From contig CAVTNR010000012.1 of assembly GCA_963736115.1 (NCBI GenBank), positions 192,001 to 256,000 of the forward strand: DNA of 64,000 nucleotides. Reading direction: 5' to 3'. This DNA is from an uncultured bacterium (lineage in GTDB: Bacteria > Zhuqueibacterota > QNDG01 > DTFT01). This document shows, one piece after another, positions 1 to 9,485 of this stretch (its first letter is position 1; each line of letters begins with the position of its first letter). Both the position numbers and the translations under genes were made by a program. The notes beneath the pieces are model-generated. The model ran no database searches. It saw nothing but the letters and a program-made list of their open reading frames with translations, and was not told the origin of the DNA.

Positions 1-1378
1 TCTGCACGTCTCCGTACATCGCGATGAAACCGCTGGCGCGGAGTTCACGGACCGTGTCCAGGTTCAAATCGATCACGGTCACGACCCGGCCCTGCTCCTC
101 GAGCACGCGATGCACGATACGGCCGACCGGACCGTAACCGACCAGAATGCAGTGATCCGGATCGACGGACGCGGGTAGAACCGGCTGGGCGGGAGTCAGG
201 CCCTTCATCCTGGCCGGAATCCGCCGGGCCAGCCGGTAGATAAACGGGTTCAGGCTGATGGAAATCATGGAAGCCGCGACCAGGGCGTTCCATCCGGTTT
301 CCGGAATCAGACCCAAGCCGAGAGCGACTGTGCCGAGGATGAAGCTGAATTCGCCAACCTGGGAGAAAGCCGCGCCGACCGGGAACGCCAGGGCCGGGGA
401 CGCGCCCAGCAGGCGCACCGTCGCGATTGCGATCAGCGGCTTGCCGAGTATCACCACGGCCGCCACGGTCGCCACGGTCACCGGTTCATGAATCAGGCTG
501 GCCGGAGAAAACAGCATGCCCGCGGCCACGAAAAAAAGCACGGAAAAAGCGTCCCGCATCGGCACCGCGTCCGAAGCCGCGCGCGCCGCGAATTCCGACC
601 GTCCCACGGCCAGGCCCGCGAGAAAGGCGCCGAGCGCGATGGACACGCCGAAACCCTTGGCCGAACCCACGGCGATGCCGATGGCCAGCACCAGCACGGC
701 CAGCGTGAACAGCTCGCGGAGCCGGGTCCTGGCGATGCGCTCCAGGGCCGGGGGAATCAGCCACCGTCCGAGAACGGCCACGAGAACCGCCAGCCCGACG
801 AGCTTGGCGGACGCCAGACCGAGCGCCGGAAGAATCCCCCCCTTCGCTCCCGCGGCTGGCCCGAACCAGATCGGCAGGATGAGCAGAAGGGCCACGGTGA
901 GGATATCCTCGACCACGGTCCATCCGATGGCAATATGCCCGATCGGCGCGTGCAGATCATGGTGCTCGTCGAGAACGAGCGCCATCACCACGGTGCTGGC
1001 CACGGAAACGGCCATGCCGAGGATGATTCCGGAAGTCCAGGACCATCCCTCCAGCCGCAAAAGGGCCGCCAGGCCGAGCGTGGACAGGGTGCTCTGGATG
1101 AGCGCGCCGGGCAAAGCGATTTTCCAGACAGCCGCCAGTTCGGACAGGTTGAAACGCAGGCCCGTGCCGAACAGCAGAAGGATGACGCCGATCTCCGCGA
1201 ACTGTTCCGCGACTTCCCGCTCCACGACCAGGCCGGGCGTGTGCGGTCCGATCAGCATGCCCGCGAGCAGATACCCGACGATCGGCGACAGCTTCAGCCG
1301 GCTGGCGGCGTATCCGAACACCAGGGCGCCCGCGAGCCCTGCGACGAGGGTGGTGAGTATGTTCAGTTCATGGGTCAT
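1..1378 (-). CDS. CPA2 cation:proton antiporter (YbaL/KefC-like) with TrkA-N domain, 3' end outside window
   Basis: Manual translation: MTHELNILTTLVAGLAGALVFGYAASRLKLSPIVGYLLAGMLIGPHTPG...AEIGVILLLFGTGL...HCILVGYGPVGR; no stop before base 1, so absent from ORF track. Confidence 0.9.
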   Translation of the reverse strand, partial: MTHELNILTTLVAGLAGALVFGYAASRLKLSPIVGYLLAGMLIGPHTPGLVVEREVAEQFAEIGVILLLFGTGLRFNLSELAAVWKIALPGALIQSTLSTLGLAALLRLEGWSWTSGIILGMAVSVASTVVMALVLDEHHDLHAPIGHIAIGWTVVEDILTVALLLILPIWFGPAAGAKGGILPALGLASAKLVGLAVLVAVLGRWLIPPALERIARTRLRELFTLAVLVLAIGIAVGSAKGFGVSIALGAFLAGLAVGRSEFAARAASDAVPMRDAFSVLFFVAAGMLFSPASLIHEPVTVATVAAVVILGKPLIAIATVRLLGASPALAFPVGAAFSQVGEFSFILGTVALGLGLIPETGWNALVAASMISISLNPFIYRLARRIPARMKGLTPAQPVLPASVDPDHCILVGYGPVGRIVHRVLEEQGRVVTVIDLNLDTVRELRASGFIAMYGDVQ

Positions 1379-1383
1379 CATTC

Positions 1384-1447
1384 AGTTCATAGTTCATAGT
1401 TCATGGTTCATAGTTGAAAAAAATGTTCCGAGTTACGGGTTCCTGGT
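1384..1447. repeat. Composite heptamer array: (A/G)GTTCAT x4, A-run, GTTCCGG-like units
   Basis: agttcat agttcat agttcat ggttcat agtt-gaaaaaaat-gttccga gttacgg gttcctg; near-identical block at 41387-41450. Confidence 0.85.
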
Positions 1448-1473
1448 CGAAAAAAACCTTTGGAATTGAAGTT

Positions 1474-1516
1474 GTAGGTCCGAAATGGCCCGCTTCCTCT
1501 CGCGGGCCTTTCGGAC
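1474..1516 (+). repeat. GTAG-type REP-like palindrome
   Basis: GTAG-GTCCGAAATGGCCCGC...GCGGGCCTTTCGGAC; almost identical copy at 3710-3752. Confidence 0.8.
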
Positions 1517-1601
1517 AATGAGGATCCCGTGTCTTTCAGGTCGAATATCGCAACGCTTCAATCTTTAATCGCAAATGCTTTTTTCCGGCGGATTCGGACG
1601 G

Positions 1602-3677
1602 CTATTCCCCAGGATGAAATGGATCCTTCCCATCCCACTTTCCTCCTCCCGCGAGAACCATGTACAGGGCGTCGTGCGCCATGGTCTCGAAAATCGTGAA
1701 TTCGGTGAACGAGATGACATCCCTGCAGTCCACGAATTGCCGCTGTTTCGGCAGATCCTTTACGACAGGCAGGGATTTCGCTCTTCCGCCGCCCCATCCG
1801 GCCACGCCCGGCCCAAAAACCGTGAGCCCCGGCTTCGGGCCCATGCCCTTTGCCGCGGTGTAAGCGCTTTCCCGGTCATGGATGTTGTGCACCTGGTGGA
1901 ACCCCAGGCCTGTCACATAGCTGATCCCGACCGGATTCAGGCCCAGCTTGTAGTCCATCAGTTCGGATGCGGCGTCGAGATACCGCTGTTCACCGGTCAG
2001 GCTCCATTGGAGCATGGGACAGCCGGCGTACTGGGGCTGGCGCACATTGTGCCCCCACGCGCGCCCGACCGGATTGTTCCCGACCGGATACGGCCGCTTT
2101 TCGAGCTCCGCGACGATGCTGTCCGCGGCCGCGCGCAATGCCGATCGGAAGAACGCCGCGACAACGGGATCCGTCGGCCGGTTCTTCTCCGCGATATAGG
2201 AATAGATATAGGCCGGGTTGTCGAACCTGAAATCGTTCAGCGAATATCCGGGAGTCGCGAAAAGATGAAAGCGGAGCGAATCCGCGATCGTGTGCAGTTC
2301 CTTCACCGTGCGGTGGGCGTCTTCGTTTCCGGTGAGAAGATACGATTGAACGGCATAGTAGAGTTTCTCCGGTCCGGCCATTTCCGAGGCTCCGAATGCC
2401 GCGGCCATCTCCGCGCGCCTCACGAGCGAGTCGGACAGCTCCGGCTTAAAGGGCTTGATCAGTCGGGCGAGGTGCATGAAAAGACCGGCTGACGAGCAGG
2501 TCGCCCTCGGATCCACTTTCACTGTCCCGTACGGCTTCGTATCCAGGTCGAGCGGCGCCGCGAACGGTTCGGAATATCCCTTGGTTTCGGTTCCGAAATG
2601 AACACTGCCGTCCGGGTTCTGCAGGTACTGCCAGACCAGGGCGCCCCACTCCGCCTCGTCCAGCAGGTCCGGTATGCCGTTCTCGTACCCCAGAATATTG
2701 TACTCGGAATCAAAACGGCCGGGCAGGTCGAACTGACCGTCCGTGAATACGGACGGAAAAGCCTCGTAAATCATCAGGTCGATAATGGGGTTTGAGATGT
2801 GATAAGCGCGCCGGTCCGCGTCACCGGCGTCGTGGTAACCGCCGTAGCAGGCAAAGGACGGTTCGTCCCCTTTCACGATGATGTTGGCCTCGCCGATCGG
2901 GCCGTCCGTGTCGTACACCAAAGTGTGGCAGGCCTTTTCACGGATGGGCGGAACATGGATCGGGCATCCGCATCTCTGCATGGTGTGGCCGCGAAAGAGG
3001 ATATAGGCGGCGCGCCTGGCGAATGCGCCGCCCACGCCGAAAGGATGCGAACAGCCGAAGCCCTTCACCGCGATCCGGTAAGGTCCTCCCTCCGGAACGG
3101 CCGAAAGGTCGATCCGGTAGGGGAAATCGGCCGAACTCGAATCGAAGGCCGCATCCTGAAGCCGTCCCCTGAGAACCGTCTTGCCGGATTCGGATGAAAA
3201 CACCTCAAACTCCGGCAGCGACCCCTCGATGCGCCTGCCCCCGGCCGTACCGAGCCAGATCGACAGCATGGCAAACCTGCGCTTCGACAAACCGCTGTAT
3301 CCGGCCTGGTTGGTCTTGATGGACTCGCAGAACGTCTTTCTGGACCGGAAGACGATGGTCGTGTCGCCGTAGGGCGTCGAAATCGCGTACTGCCTTCCTT
3401 CCTCAAGTTTCCCGGTGCGAAGATAAACGTGATGGTCGCAGGGGTCCGCCTGTGTGGCGAACACACTGATGCTGTCCGCGGGACTGCCGTTGATCCGCCA
3501 TTTCGATGGGTCCGAAACATCCGCTTCGTCGACATGCAGGGTATCGCTGGTCAGAAAAACAACCAGGACCCGGTCGGATGCGGTCCGAATTTCGCGAATC
3601 GTGAGCCCGGCCCAGACGGACGAAAATGAGCAGAGAATGCCGGCAGTACAAACGGTAGTGACAAACCGGAATCGCAT
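1602..3677 (-). CDS. Secreted glycoside hydrolase family 9 (Ig-like + GH9)
   Basis: Signal peptide, NQAGY Ig-like segment, GGYHDAGD motif, C-terminal GLNP..SYVTGLG and D......TEFTI motifs. Confidence 0.85.
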   Translation of the reverse strand: MRFRFVTTVCTAGILCSFSSVWAGLTIREIRTASDRVLVVFLTSDTLHVDEADVSDPSKWRINGSPADSISVFATQADPCDHHVYLRTGKLEEGRQYAISTPYGDTTIVFRSRKTFCESIKTNQAGYSGLSKRRFAMLSIWLGTAGGRRIEGSLPEFEVFSSESGKTVLRGRLQDAAFDSSSADFPYRIDLSAVPEGGPYRIAVKGFGCSHPFGVGGAFARRAAYILFRGHTMQRCGCPIHVPPIREKACHTLVYDTDGPIGEANIIVKGDEPSFACYGGYHDAGDADRRAYHISNPIIDLMIYEAFPSVFTDGQFDLPGRFDSEYNILGYENGIPDLLDEAEWGALVWQYLQNPDGSVHFGTETKGYSEPFAAPLDLDTKPYGTVKVDPRATCSSAGLFMHLARLIKPFKPELSDSLVRRAEMAAAFGASEMAGPEKLYYAVQSYLLTGNEDAHRTVKELHTIADSLRFHLFATPGYSLNDFRFDNPAYIYSYIAEKNRPTDPVVAAFFRSALRAAADSIVAELEKRPYPVGNNPVGRAWGHNVRQPQYAGCPMLQWSLTGEQRYLDAASELMDYKLGLNPVGISYVTGLGFHQVHNIHDRESAYTAAKGMGPKPGLTVFGPGVAGWGGGRAKSLPVVKDLPKQRQFVDCRDVISFTEFTIFETMAHDALYMVLAGGGKWDGKDPFHPGE

Positions 3678-3709
3678 ACAAAGACCTCCTGGGTGTTCTT
3701 CTCAATCCT

Positions 3710-3752
3710 GTAGGTCCGAAATGGCCCGCGCTTCTCAGCGGGCCTTTCGGAC
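3710..3752 (+). repeat. GTAG-type REP-like palindrome
   Basis: gtaggtccgaaatggcccgc-gcttctca-gcgggcctttcggac. Confidence 0.8.
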
Positions 3753-3878
3753 ACATTTACGTATCGATCATCAACTATGCGCCAGCCGGATACAAACTCC
3801 TCCGCGGGCGGGCACCGGCACGGGTGAAATAGGTCCGGTCAATTCCAGCAACAATGAACCATGAACTCTGAACTGTCT

Positions 3879-5582
3879 TCATTTCACCAGCATCATCTTC
3901 CGAACCTGCATCCGGTCCGCGGTGCGGAGCTTGCAGAAATACACGCCTCCGGGAAGTCCGGTTCCGTCGAATTCCGTTTCGTGACGCCCGGCTTCGAGCA
4001 CGCCGTCCAGAGGCACCGCCACCTCGTTCCCGACCGCATCATACAACGAGAGCCTGGCTTTTTCCCGGGACGGGAGGGTAAAGGCGATCTTCGTCGTTGG
4101 ATTGAACGGGTTCGGGTAATTGGGCTCCAGATAAAATCGTTCCGGGACAGGACTTTCATCCCCTTCAATCCCATCCTCCCACGGGCAGTCTCCGGCCGCC
4201 GGTTTGCCGCAGCAGACAGCCCCCGGGGAAAGATAGGCCGTCCCCCACAGGGAGGGATTGTGCCAGGTTGCATCCCCTGTATCAAGCCACCATTTCGAGA
4301 TATGATCGCGCTGAGTCCCGTCGTTGTCGTTCGACTGGATTTCAATGCCGAACTCACGTCCGGCGATGGGTTCGATAAAGAGGCTTGGCAGGGGCAGCTT
4401 GAATTCGAGCGTCCAGCCGTTTGGTTCCACGTTGTCCCGAACAACCAATTCCATGTATCGGCTGTTGAAATAGGATGGGCCAATGATCTGAGAAGGTTCC
4501 GTGAAATGGTGGTTGAATCGAAGCTCCATGTCATTCACGCCGTCGATGGCCGTCCCCTTGCTGTTGTCCCCGTCGATGAAGAATTCGAGTCCGTCCTGTT
4601 CGTAGGTATTGGAGTGCTCGTCTACGATGATGTCGTCCCATACCGTTGCGATGCCGTACAGGTAGCAATCATCCCAAGCCAGTGCCCCATGGAAATAGCC
4701 TTCTCTGTAATTGTCCGGCCATGGGCCCGGGGAGCCGATATTATCAAATGAGTTGGCCTGAAAAAGGCCCGCATATTCCCATACGTCATCCCGGAAACCG
4801 TCGATCACCGGCGGCTGGATGATGTTGGGAATTTCGAGTGTCTCCCCGATCGGCCGGCCGGTCAGGATGGCCGTTCCGAAGGTCGAGGCATTGTTCCACG
4901 ACGGATCGCCTTCGGCCACCCACCACTTGGAAACATGCTCACGGGCCGTGCCGTCATTGTCGTTCTGCTGGAGCTCGAAGCCGATCAGGGACTGCGCAAC
5001 CGGTTCCACGAAAATGCCGGCCAGCGGGAGCTTGATTTCGGTCATCCAGCCCGACGGAGCCTCGGCCGGATTGTCCACGATCGCGAATTCCACGCCGTCG
5101 CGGCCCCAGTAGGACTGGGCCTCGAGCGCCGCGACATCCGCGGCGCCGTGCCCGAAACGAATCTGCAGATCGTTCACGTTGTCATAGGCGCCTTCGGTCT
5201 TCGAATCGTCGCCGTCAAAGTACACTTCCCAGCTGTCACGCTCGTACGTGTTCGCGTGTACGTCCTGGATCACGTCGTCCTGCGTGTAGAGTAGAAGGTA
5301 AATGGCATCGTTATCCCACATCACACGGGACCAGCCCATCAGATCGGTGAAATCGTCGGGAGCCGATGTGCCGTTGGTATAGGATCTCTGAAATACATTG
5401 TCCGCATTATGCCACACGGCATCCATCTCGCCGTCTATCACCGGCGCGACGGTGGTAAACGGAATCTCGTACAGGTCGCCGATCATACCCGCGAAAGCGG
5501 GGACCACGGACGCCGGGATCGCAAAAGCCAGAATCGCGGAAATCCGCAGGTTCAACGCCGACCGGATGATTTGACGTTTCAC
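3879..5582 (-). CDS. Secreted protein with two CBM9-like sugar-binding domains and a T9SS-type C-terminal sorting domain (paralog A)
   Basis: Signal peptide; two PVIDG..D.VW / DSWEVYFDGD / GFE.Q.NDND repeats; NYPNPFNPTT...KMMLVK tail; GTG start after AAAGGAGG. Confidence 0.85.
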   Translation of the reverse strand: MKRQIIRSALNLRISAILAFAIPASVVPAFAGMIGDLYEIPFTTVAPVIDGEMDAVWHNADNVFQRSYTNGTSAPDDFTDLMGWSRVMWDNDAIYLLLYTQDDVIQDVHANTYERDSWEVYFDGDDSKTEGAYDNVNDLQIRFGHGAADVAALEAQSYWGRDGVEFAIVDNPAEAPSGWMTEIKLPLAGIFVEPVAQSLIGFELQQNDNDGTAREHVSKWWVAEGDPSWNNASTFGTAILTGRPIGETLEIPNIIQPPVIDGFRDDVWEYAGLFQANSFDNIGSPGPWPDNYREGYFHGALAWDDCYLYGIATVWDDIIVDEHSNTYEQDGLEFFIDGDNSKGTAIDGVNDMELRFNHHFTEPSQIIGPSYFNSRYMELVVRDNVEPNGWTLEFKLPLPSLFIEPIAGREFGIEIQSNDNDGTQRDHISKWWLDTGDATWHNPSLWGTAYLSPGAVCCGKPAAGDCPWEDGIEGDESPVPERFYLEPNYPNPFNPTTKIAFTLPSREKARLSLYDAVGNEVAVPLDGVLEAGRHETEFDGTGLPGGVYFCKLRTADRMQVRKMMLVK

Positions 5583-5708
5583 TTTTCCCTCCTTTGGACC
5601 ACGCTTGGGGTCGACCCCGGGATTCCGTGCAGAAAGACGGCTGAAGACGGGACCCTTCCGTCAGAGGGTTCCCCTCTTCTTTCCGTCTTTCTCCTGAAAC
5701 CAGCCGTG

Positions 5709-5746
5709 AAAAAAGCGCCCGCGGCCTTGACGGGCCGCGGGCGCTT
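5709..5746 (-). terminator. Intrinsic terminator after paralog B
   Basis: 12-bp GC stem gcgcccgcggcc/ggccgcgggcgc followed by U6 on minus strand. Confidence 0.85.
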
Positions 5747-5778
5747 ATAAACTCAGGCGAATAAACCGGAAAACCGGC

Positions 5779-7410
5779 TTATTTCACCAGCGTCATCTTG
5801 GTGGTCATGACGTTGTCCGCGGTCTGCAGCTTGCAGAAGTAGATGCCGCTGGACAGGTTGTTGGCGGTGAACTGGGCGGTGTAGCTGCCGGCGGGCATCA
5901 TGCCGTCCGCCAGAACCGCGACTTCCCGGCCCATCATGTTGAACACCGACAGGCGGACCTTGCCAGCGGACTTCAGGCTGTAGGGAACCGTCGTGGTCGG
6001 GTTGAAGGGGTTGGGATAGTTCTGGGACAGGCCGAAGTTCCGGGCGACCGGAGCCTGCTCGTTCACTGCGGTGGCGATACGCGAGCTCAGGTAGGCCGTT
6101 CCGAATGTGGAGGCATTGTTCCACGAAGGATCGCCGACTTCCGTCCACCACTTGGTGATGTGTTCACGCGCGGTGGCGTCGTTGTCATTGCCCTGAATTT
6201 CGAAGCCGAACTCGGAGCCGGCCACGGGTTCCAGGAAAATGCCGCCGAGCGGGAGCTTGATTTCCAGGTTCCAGCCGAGATCCGTGTCGACATTGACGAA
6301 TTCAACGCCGTCGCGTCCGAAATAGGACTGGGCGTCGATCTGGGAGGCGTCCGTGTAGGCATGGCCGAAACGCAGCTGCATGTCGTTCACGGTGTCGTAC
6401 GCGCCGTCCATCTTCGAATTGTCGCCGTCGAAGTAGACTTCGAAGCAGTCACGTTCCCAGGAGTTCGCGTGCGTGTCCTGGATGATGTCGTCCCAGGTTT
6501 CGATGAAGACATAAAAATTGTCGGCATCCCAAGCGGTCCAAGACTGCGCGAAATTGTCCTCGTAGCTGTCCGGCCAGTTGCCCGGCGAGCCCACATTGTC
6601 GAACGAGTTCTGCTGGAGCGGAGACGCAAACTCAAACCACGCGTCCTTTTCGCCGTCGATCACCATGGGAGCCAGGGTGGTCGGGACTTCCAGGGTCTCG
6701 CCGATCGGACGGTCGGTCAGAATGGCCGTGCCGAAAGTCGAGGCATTGTTCCACGACGGGTCGCCTTCAGCCACCCACCACTTGGAAACGGACTCACGGG
6801 CAGTGCCGTCGTTGTCGTTCTGCTGAAGCTCGAAGCCGATGAGCGAATTCGCAACCGGTTCCACGAAAATGCCGGCCAGCGGGAGCTTGACTTCGGTCAT
6901 CCAGCCCGACGGAGCCTCGGCCGGATTGTCCACAACCGCGAATTCCACGCCATCGCGGCCCCAGTAGGACTGGGCCTCGAGCGCCGCGACATCCGCAGCG
7001 CCGTGACCGAAACGAATCTGCAGGTCGTTCACGTTGTCATAGGCGCCGTCGGTCTTCGAATTGTCGCCGTCGAAGTACACTTCCCAGCTGTCACGCTCGT
7101 ACGTGTTCGCGTGGACGTCCTGGATCACATCGTCCTGCGTGTAGAGCAGAACGTAAATGTTCTCGCTATCCCACATCACACGGGACCAGCCCATCAGGTC
7201 GCTGAAATCATCAGGGGCCGCGGTGCCGTTGGTGTACGTGCGCTGAAAAACCTGGCCGCAGTTGTGCCACACGGCATCCATCTCGCCGTCGATCACCGGA
7301 GCCACGGTTGCCATCGGGATCTCGTACAGGTCGCCGATCATGCCCGCAAAGGCGCCGGTCGACAGAACGAGACAGCTCACAGCGATCAACACTTTCGCCA
7401 TTGATCTCAT
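5779..7410 (-). CDS. Secreted protein with two CBM9-like domains and T9SS-type CTD (paralog B)
   Basis: Same architecture as 3879-5582; ATG 7410 preceded by AAGGAG; NYPNPFNPTT...KMTLVK. Confidence 0.88.
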   Translation of the reverse strand: MRSMAKVLIAVSCLVLSTGAFAGMIGDLYEIPMATVAPVIDGEMDAVWHNCGQVFQRTYTNGTAAPDDFSDLMGWSRVMWDSENIYVLLYTQDDVIQDVHANTYERDSWEVYFDGDNSKTDGAYDNVNDLQIRFGHGAADVAALEAQSYWGRDGVEFAVVDNPAEAPSGWMTEVKLPLAGIFVEPVANSLIGFELQQNDNDGTARESVSKWWVAEGDPSWNNASTFGTAILTDRPIGETLEVPTTLAPMVIDGEKDAWFEFASPLQQNSFDNVGSPGNWPDSYEDNFAQSWTAWDADNFYVFIETWDDIIQDTHANSWERDCFEVYFDGDNSKMDGAYDTVNDMQLRFGHAYTDASQIDAQSYFGRDGVEFVNVDTDLGWNLEIKLPLGGIFLEPVAGSEFGFEIQGNDNDATAREHITKWWTEVGDPSWNNASTFGTAYLSSRIATAVNEQAPVARNFGLSQNYPNPFNPTTTVPYSLKSAGKVRLSVFNMMGREVAVLADGMMPAGSYTAQFTANNLSSGIYFCKLQTADNVMTTKMTLVK

Positions 7411-7451
7411 GTTCCTCTCCTTAAAATAGGATTGTTCAACCACCATCAACA

Positions 7452-7535
7452 TCAGAAAACGATTCCTTTCCCCTTTTCGCGTCCCTCGGAGTCCGGTGAA
7501 AGGGGAAAGGCCCCTCTGAAAAGGCCGGGCTCCAT
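7452..7535 (-). CDS. Putative 27-aa upstream ORF / leader peptide
   Basis: MEPGLFRGAFPLSPDSEGREKGKGIVF*; extended SD GAAAGGAGGTGA shortly upstream of the ATG; TGA overlaps an ATG in frame with paralog B (TGATG). Confidence 0.35.
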   Translation of the reverse strand: MEPGLFRGAFPLSPDSEGREKGKGIVF

Positions 7536-7773
7536 GCTCGCCTCACCTCCTTTCCTGCAATCCGTTCTTTAGATCAGGGGAGTACAGTATATGGCATTTT
7601 GGACGATCCACGGGAAGGCCCGGAACGGGTATTAAAAAAACGGGGATGAATAATCCTGTGGGTCGAGTCGTCATGTCTCTACCGAAACGAATGGACCTTC
7701 CCAACAACCGATTTGTGAAAGATGCCCGGCGGATGCCGCCGTTGGATGGAATTTTATTCGGGAAACGTATGTA

Positions 7774-7802
7774 AGTATACAATATTTTTTGAATTTTGTC
7801 AA
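7774..7802 (-). promoter_or_regulatory. sigma70 promoter for CBM9-like genes
   Basis: TTGACA-17-TATACT on minus strand. Confidence 0.8.
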
Positions 7803-8033
7803 GAAAATTTTCGTTCTAAATACTGAAAAAACCGGTGAGTAACACCCGGTCGTAACGCACCATTAACTCAATAATTACAATGCCTTGAATCGTATTTTTC
7901 ATATTATTCGTTATTTTGTTATACAAACGTTTCCGGTGTCCGGGATTTATATCGGCATGCCCGTTTTCGTGGTTTTGACCGGGATTTTCGTTTCGGGTTT
8001 ACAAAACCGGATCCGGATGCATCCGGATAGGCC

Positions 8034-8510
8034 TCAGCGGCGAACCGCTTCAGAGAGGAGCGTTTCGAGTTCTTCTATCTTGAACGGTTTCGAGAGAAAG
8101 GGCACCTGGGTCGATTTGAGGAATTGCATCGTCGGCGTGCTGATCGTATCGCCGGTCACGAAAATGATCCGCTTGAGCATGGCCGGCTGCAGCCGGGCGA
8201 TTTCCTCGTAAAAACGCTGTCCGTTCATGGAGGGCATGAGGAAATCGGAGAGTATGACATCGTAGCGGGTTTCGCGTATTTTATCGAGCGCGGTTTCACA
8301 GCTCGTCACCCATTCCACATCATAACCGAGATGACGCACGATGCGTTGGATGACATACCCCATCACTTCCTCATCGTCCACCGCAAGCACGCGCTTCCGG
8401 CGCTGCGGCTGGCCCGCCGCGGCCCTGGCCGACGGGCCGGTCTGCGGCGTCCTTACACGACCCCCTCCGGGGCCGTTGCGTTCAGGACCTGAAAGCCGGC
8501 TCACGGACAA
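8034..8510 (-). CDS. Stand-alone response regulator receiver protein
   Basis: VLAVDDE...YDVILSDFLMPSMNG...FVTG...KPF; start uncertain. Confidence 0.88.
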   Translation of the reverse strand: MSVSRLSGPERNGPGGGRVRTPQTGPSARAAAGQPQRRKRVLAVDDEEVMGYVIQRIVRHLGYDVEWVTSCETALDKIRETRYDVILSDFLMPSMNGQRFYEEIARLQPAMLKRIIFVTGDTISTPTMQFLKSTQVPFLSKPFKIEELETLLSEAVRR

Positions 8511-9219
8511 CCGCTCCCGCCCGTTCCGGATGCCGGAGCAGAACCGAACGTCGGATCATGATGAAGGGTCGGTCGCCGGACGGTCCGGGACAGGATACCG
8601 CGTCGTGTTCCGCGACCAGGAGCATGGGAACGGCCGGCATCGCCTGCTCGATGCCGTTCAGAAGAATCCAGCGGCCGTCGTCCAGCGCTGCCTCGTCCAG
8701 AACGATCAGGTCGAAGGTTTCCGGATCCTGAATTTTTCCCGAGACGTCCGGCCTCTCCACCCGGTAGCCGGCGCTCTCGAGTGCGGGTTTCAATCGGTCG
8801 TCCTGAAGCCTGTCGAAAAGCAGGATGCGGACAGGGGTCCGCGCCTCAGTACGTTCCGGGCTTTCCCGTCGTTCCGACTGGAGCAGACGCACCAGGTCGC
8901 CCACCGGAAAAGGCTTGGTCAGACGCGGGCAGTTTTCTATGCCGCGGCTATGCCCCTCAAGCGGATCCGCGGCGTATGCGGACATGAAAATGATGGGCAT
9001 GCGGGGATGACGCTCGCGTATGGCCGAAGCCAGCATGTAGCCGTTCATCGGCGTCATGCGGATGTCCGAAACCACGTAATCGCAGGGGGATTCGTCGAGC
9101 AGGCGCAATGCATCCGGCCCGTTCTGAGCCTGCATCACTGAAAAGGAATGCCGCTGAAGGGACAGTGAAAGCGTTTTCAGAACGTTTTTTTCATCATCCA
9201 CGAGCAGAATCGTGGACAT
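8482..9219 (-). CDS. Response regulator with one canonical and one degenerate receiver domain
   Basis: ILLVDDE...VVSDIRMTPMNG...MSAY...KPF, then RILLFD...FDLIVLD. Confidence 0.85.
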   Translation of the reverse strand: MSTILLVDDEKNVLKTLSLSLQRHSFSVMQAQNGPDALRLLDESPCDYVVSDIRMTPMNGYMLASAIRERHPRMPIIFMSAYAADPLEGHSRGIENCPRLTKPFPVGDLVRLLQSERRESPERTEARTPVRILLFDRLQDDRLKPALESAGYRVERPDVSGKIQDPETFDLIVLDEAALDDGRWILLNGIEQAMPAVPMLLVAEHDAVSCPGPSGDRPFIMIRRSVLLRHPERAGAVVREPAFRS

Positions 9220-9255
9220 CGGTGACTCCCAAGTTAAGATACAATAGATATATAG

Positions 9256-9270
9256 ACAAAATCCATGCCA
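9256..9270 (-). promoter_or_regulatory. Near-consensus sigma54 promoter upstream of the receiver genes
   Basis: TGGCATG-GATT-TTGT (correct spacing, -12 C replaced by T); palindrome ATTGCA-GGA-TGAAAT at 9355-9369. Confidence 0.5.
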
Positions 9271-9376
9271 TCGGGGATAAACGCTGACGTTTATTGATAT
9301 TTAAGAAGTTACGGAGATGTCACAATTCCGAAATTAGGCGGTTCCACAGCGGGGATTGCAGGATGAAATTAAAAAA

Positions 9377-9481
9377 AGTTCATAGTTTATAGTTCATAGT
9401 TCATAGAAAAAGAGTAATCTGTCAGTCAAGTATCCCATCTTTCTCTATTAACTATGAACCATGAACTATGAACAATGAACT
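9377..9481. repeat. Inverted heptamer arrays (foldback unit)
   Basis: (AGTTCAT)x4 ... spacer ... (ATGAAC[T/C/A])x4; same architecture at 31950-32057. Confidence 0.85.
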
Positions 9482-9485
9482 TGCT

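Noticed and set aside
4860-7345. Near-identical repeats as a DGR template/variable pair
   Set aside because: Both copies are coding, differences are mostly synonymous and not adenine-specific, and no reverse transcriptase is present
7465-7510. c-di-GMP-I riboswitch (GGGACGCGAAA on minus strand)
   Set aside because: Other conserved elements absent; simple hairpin
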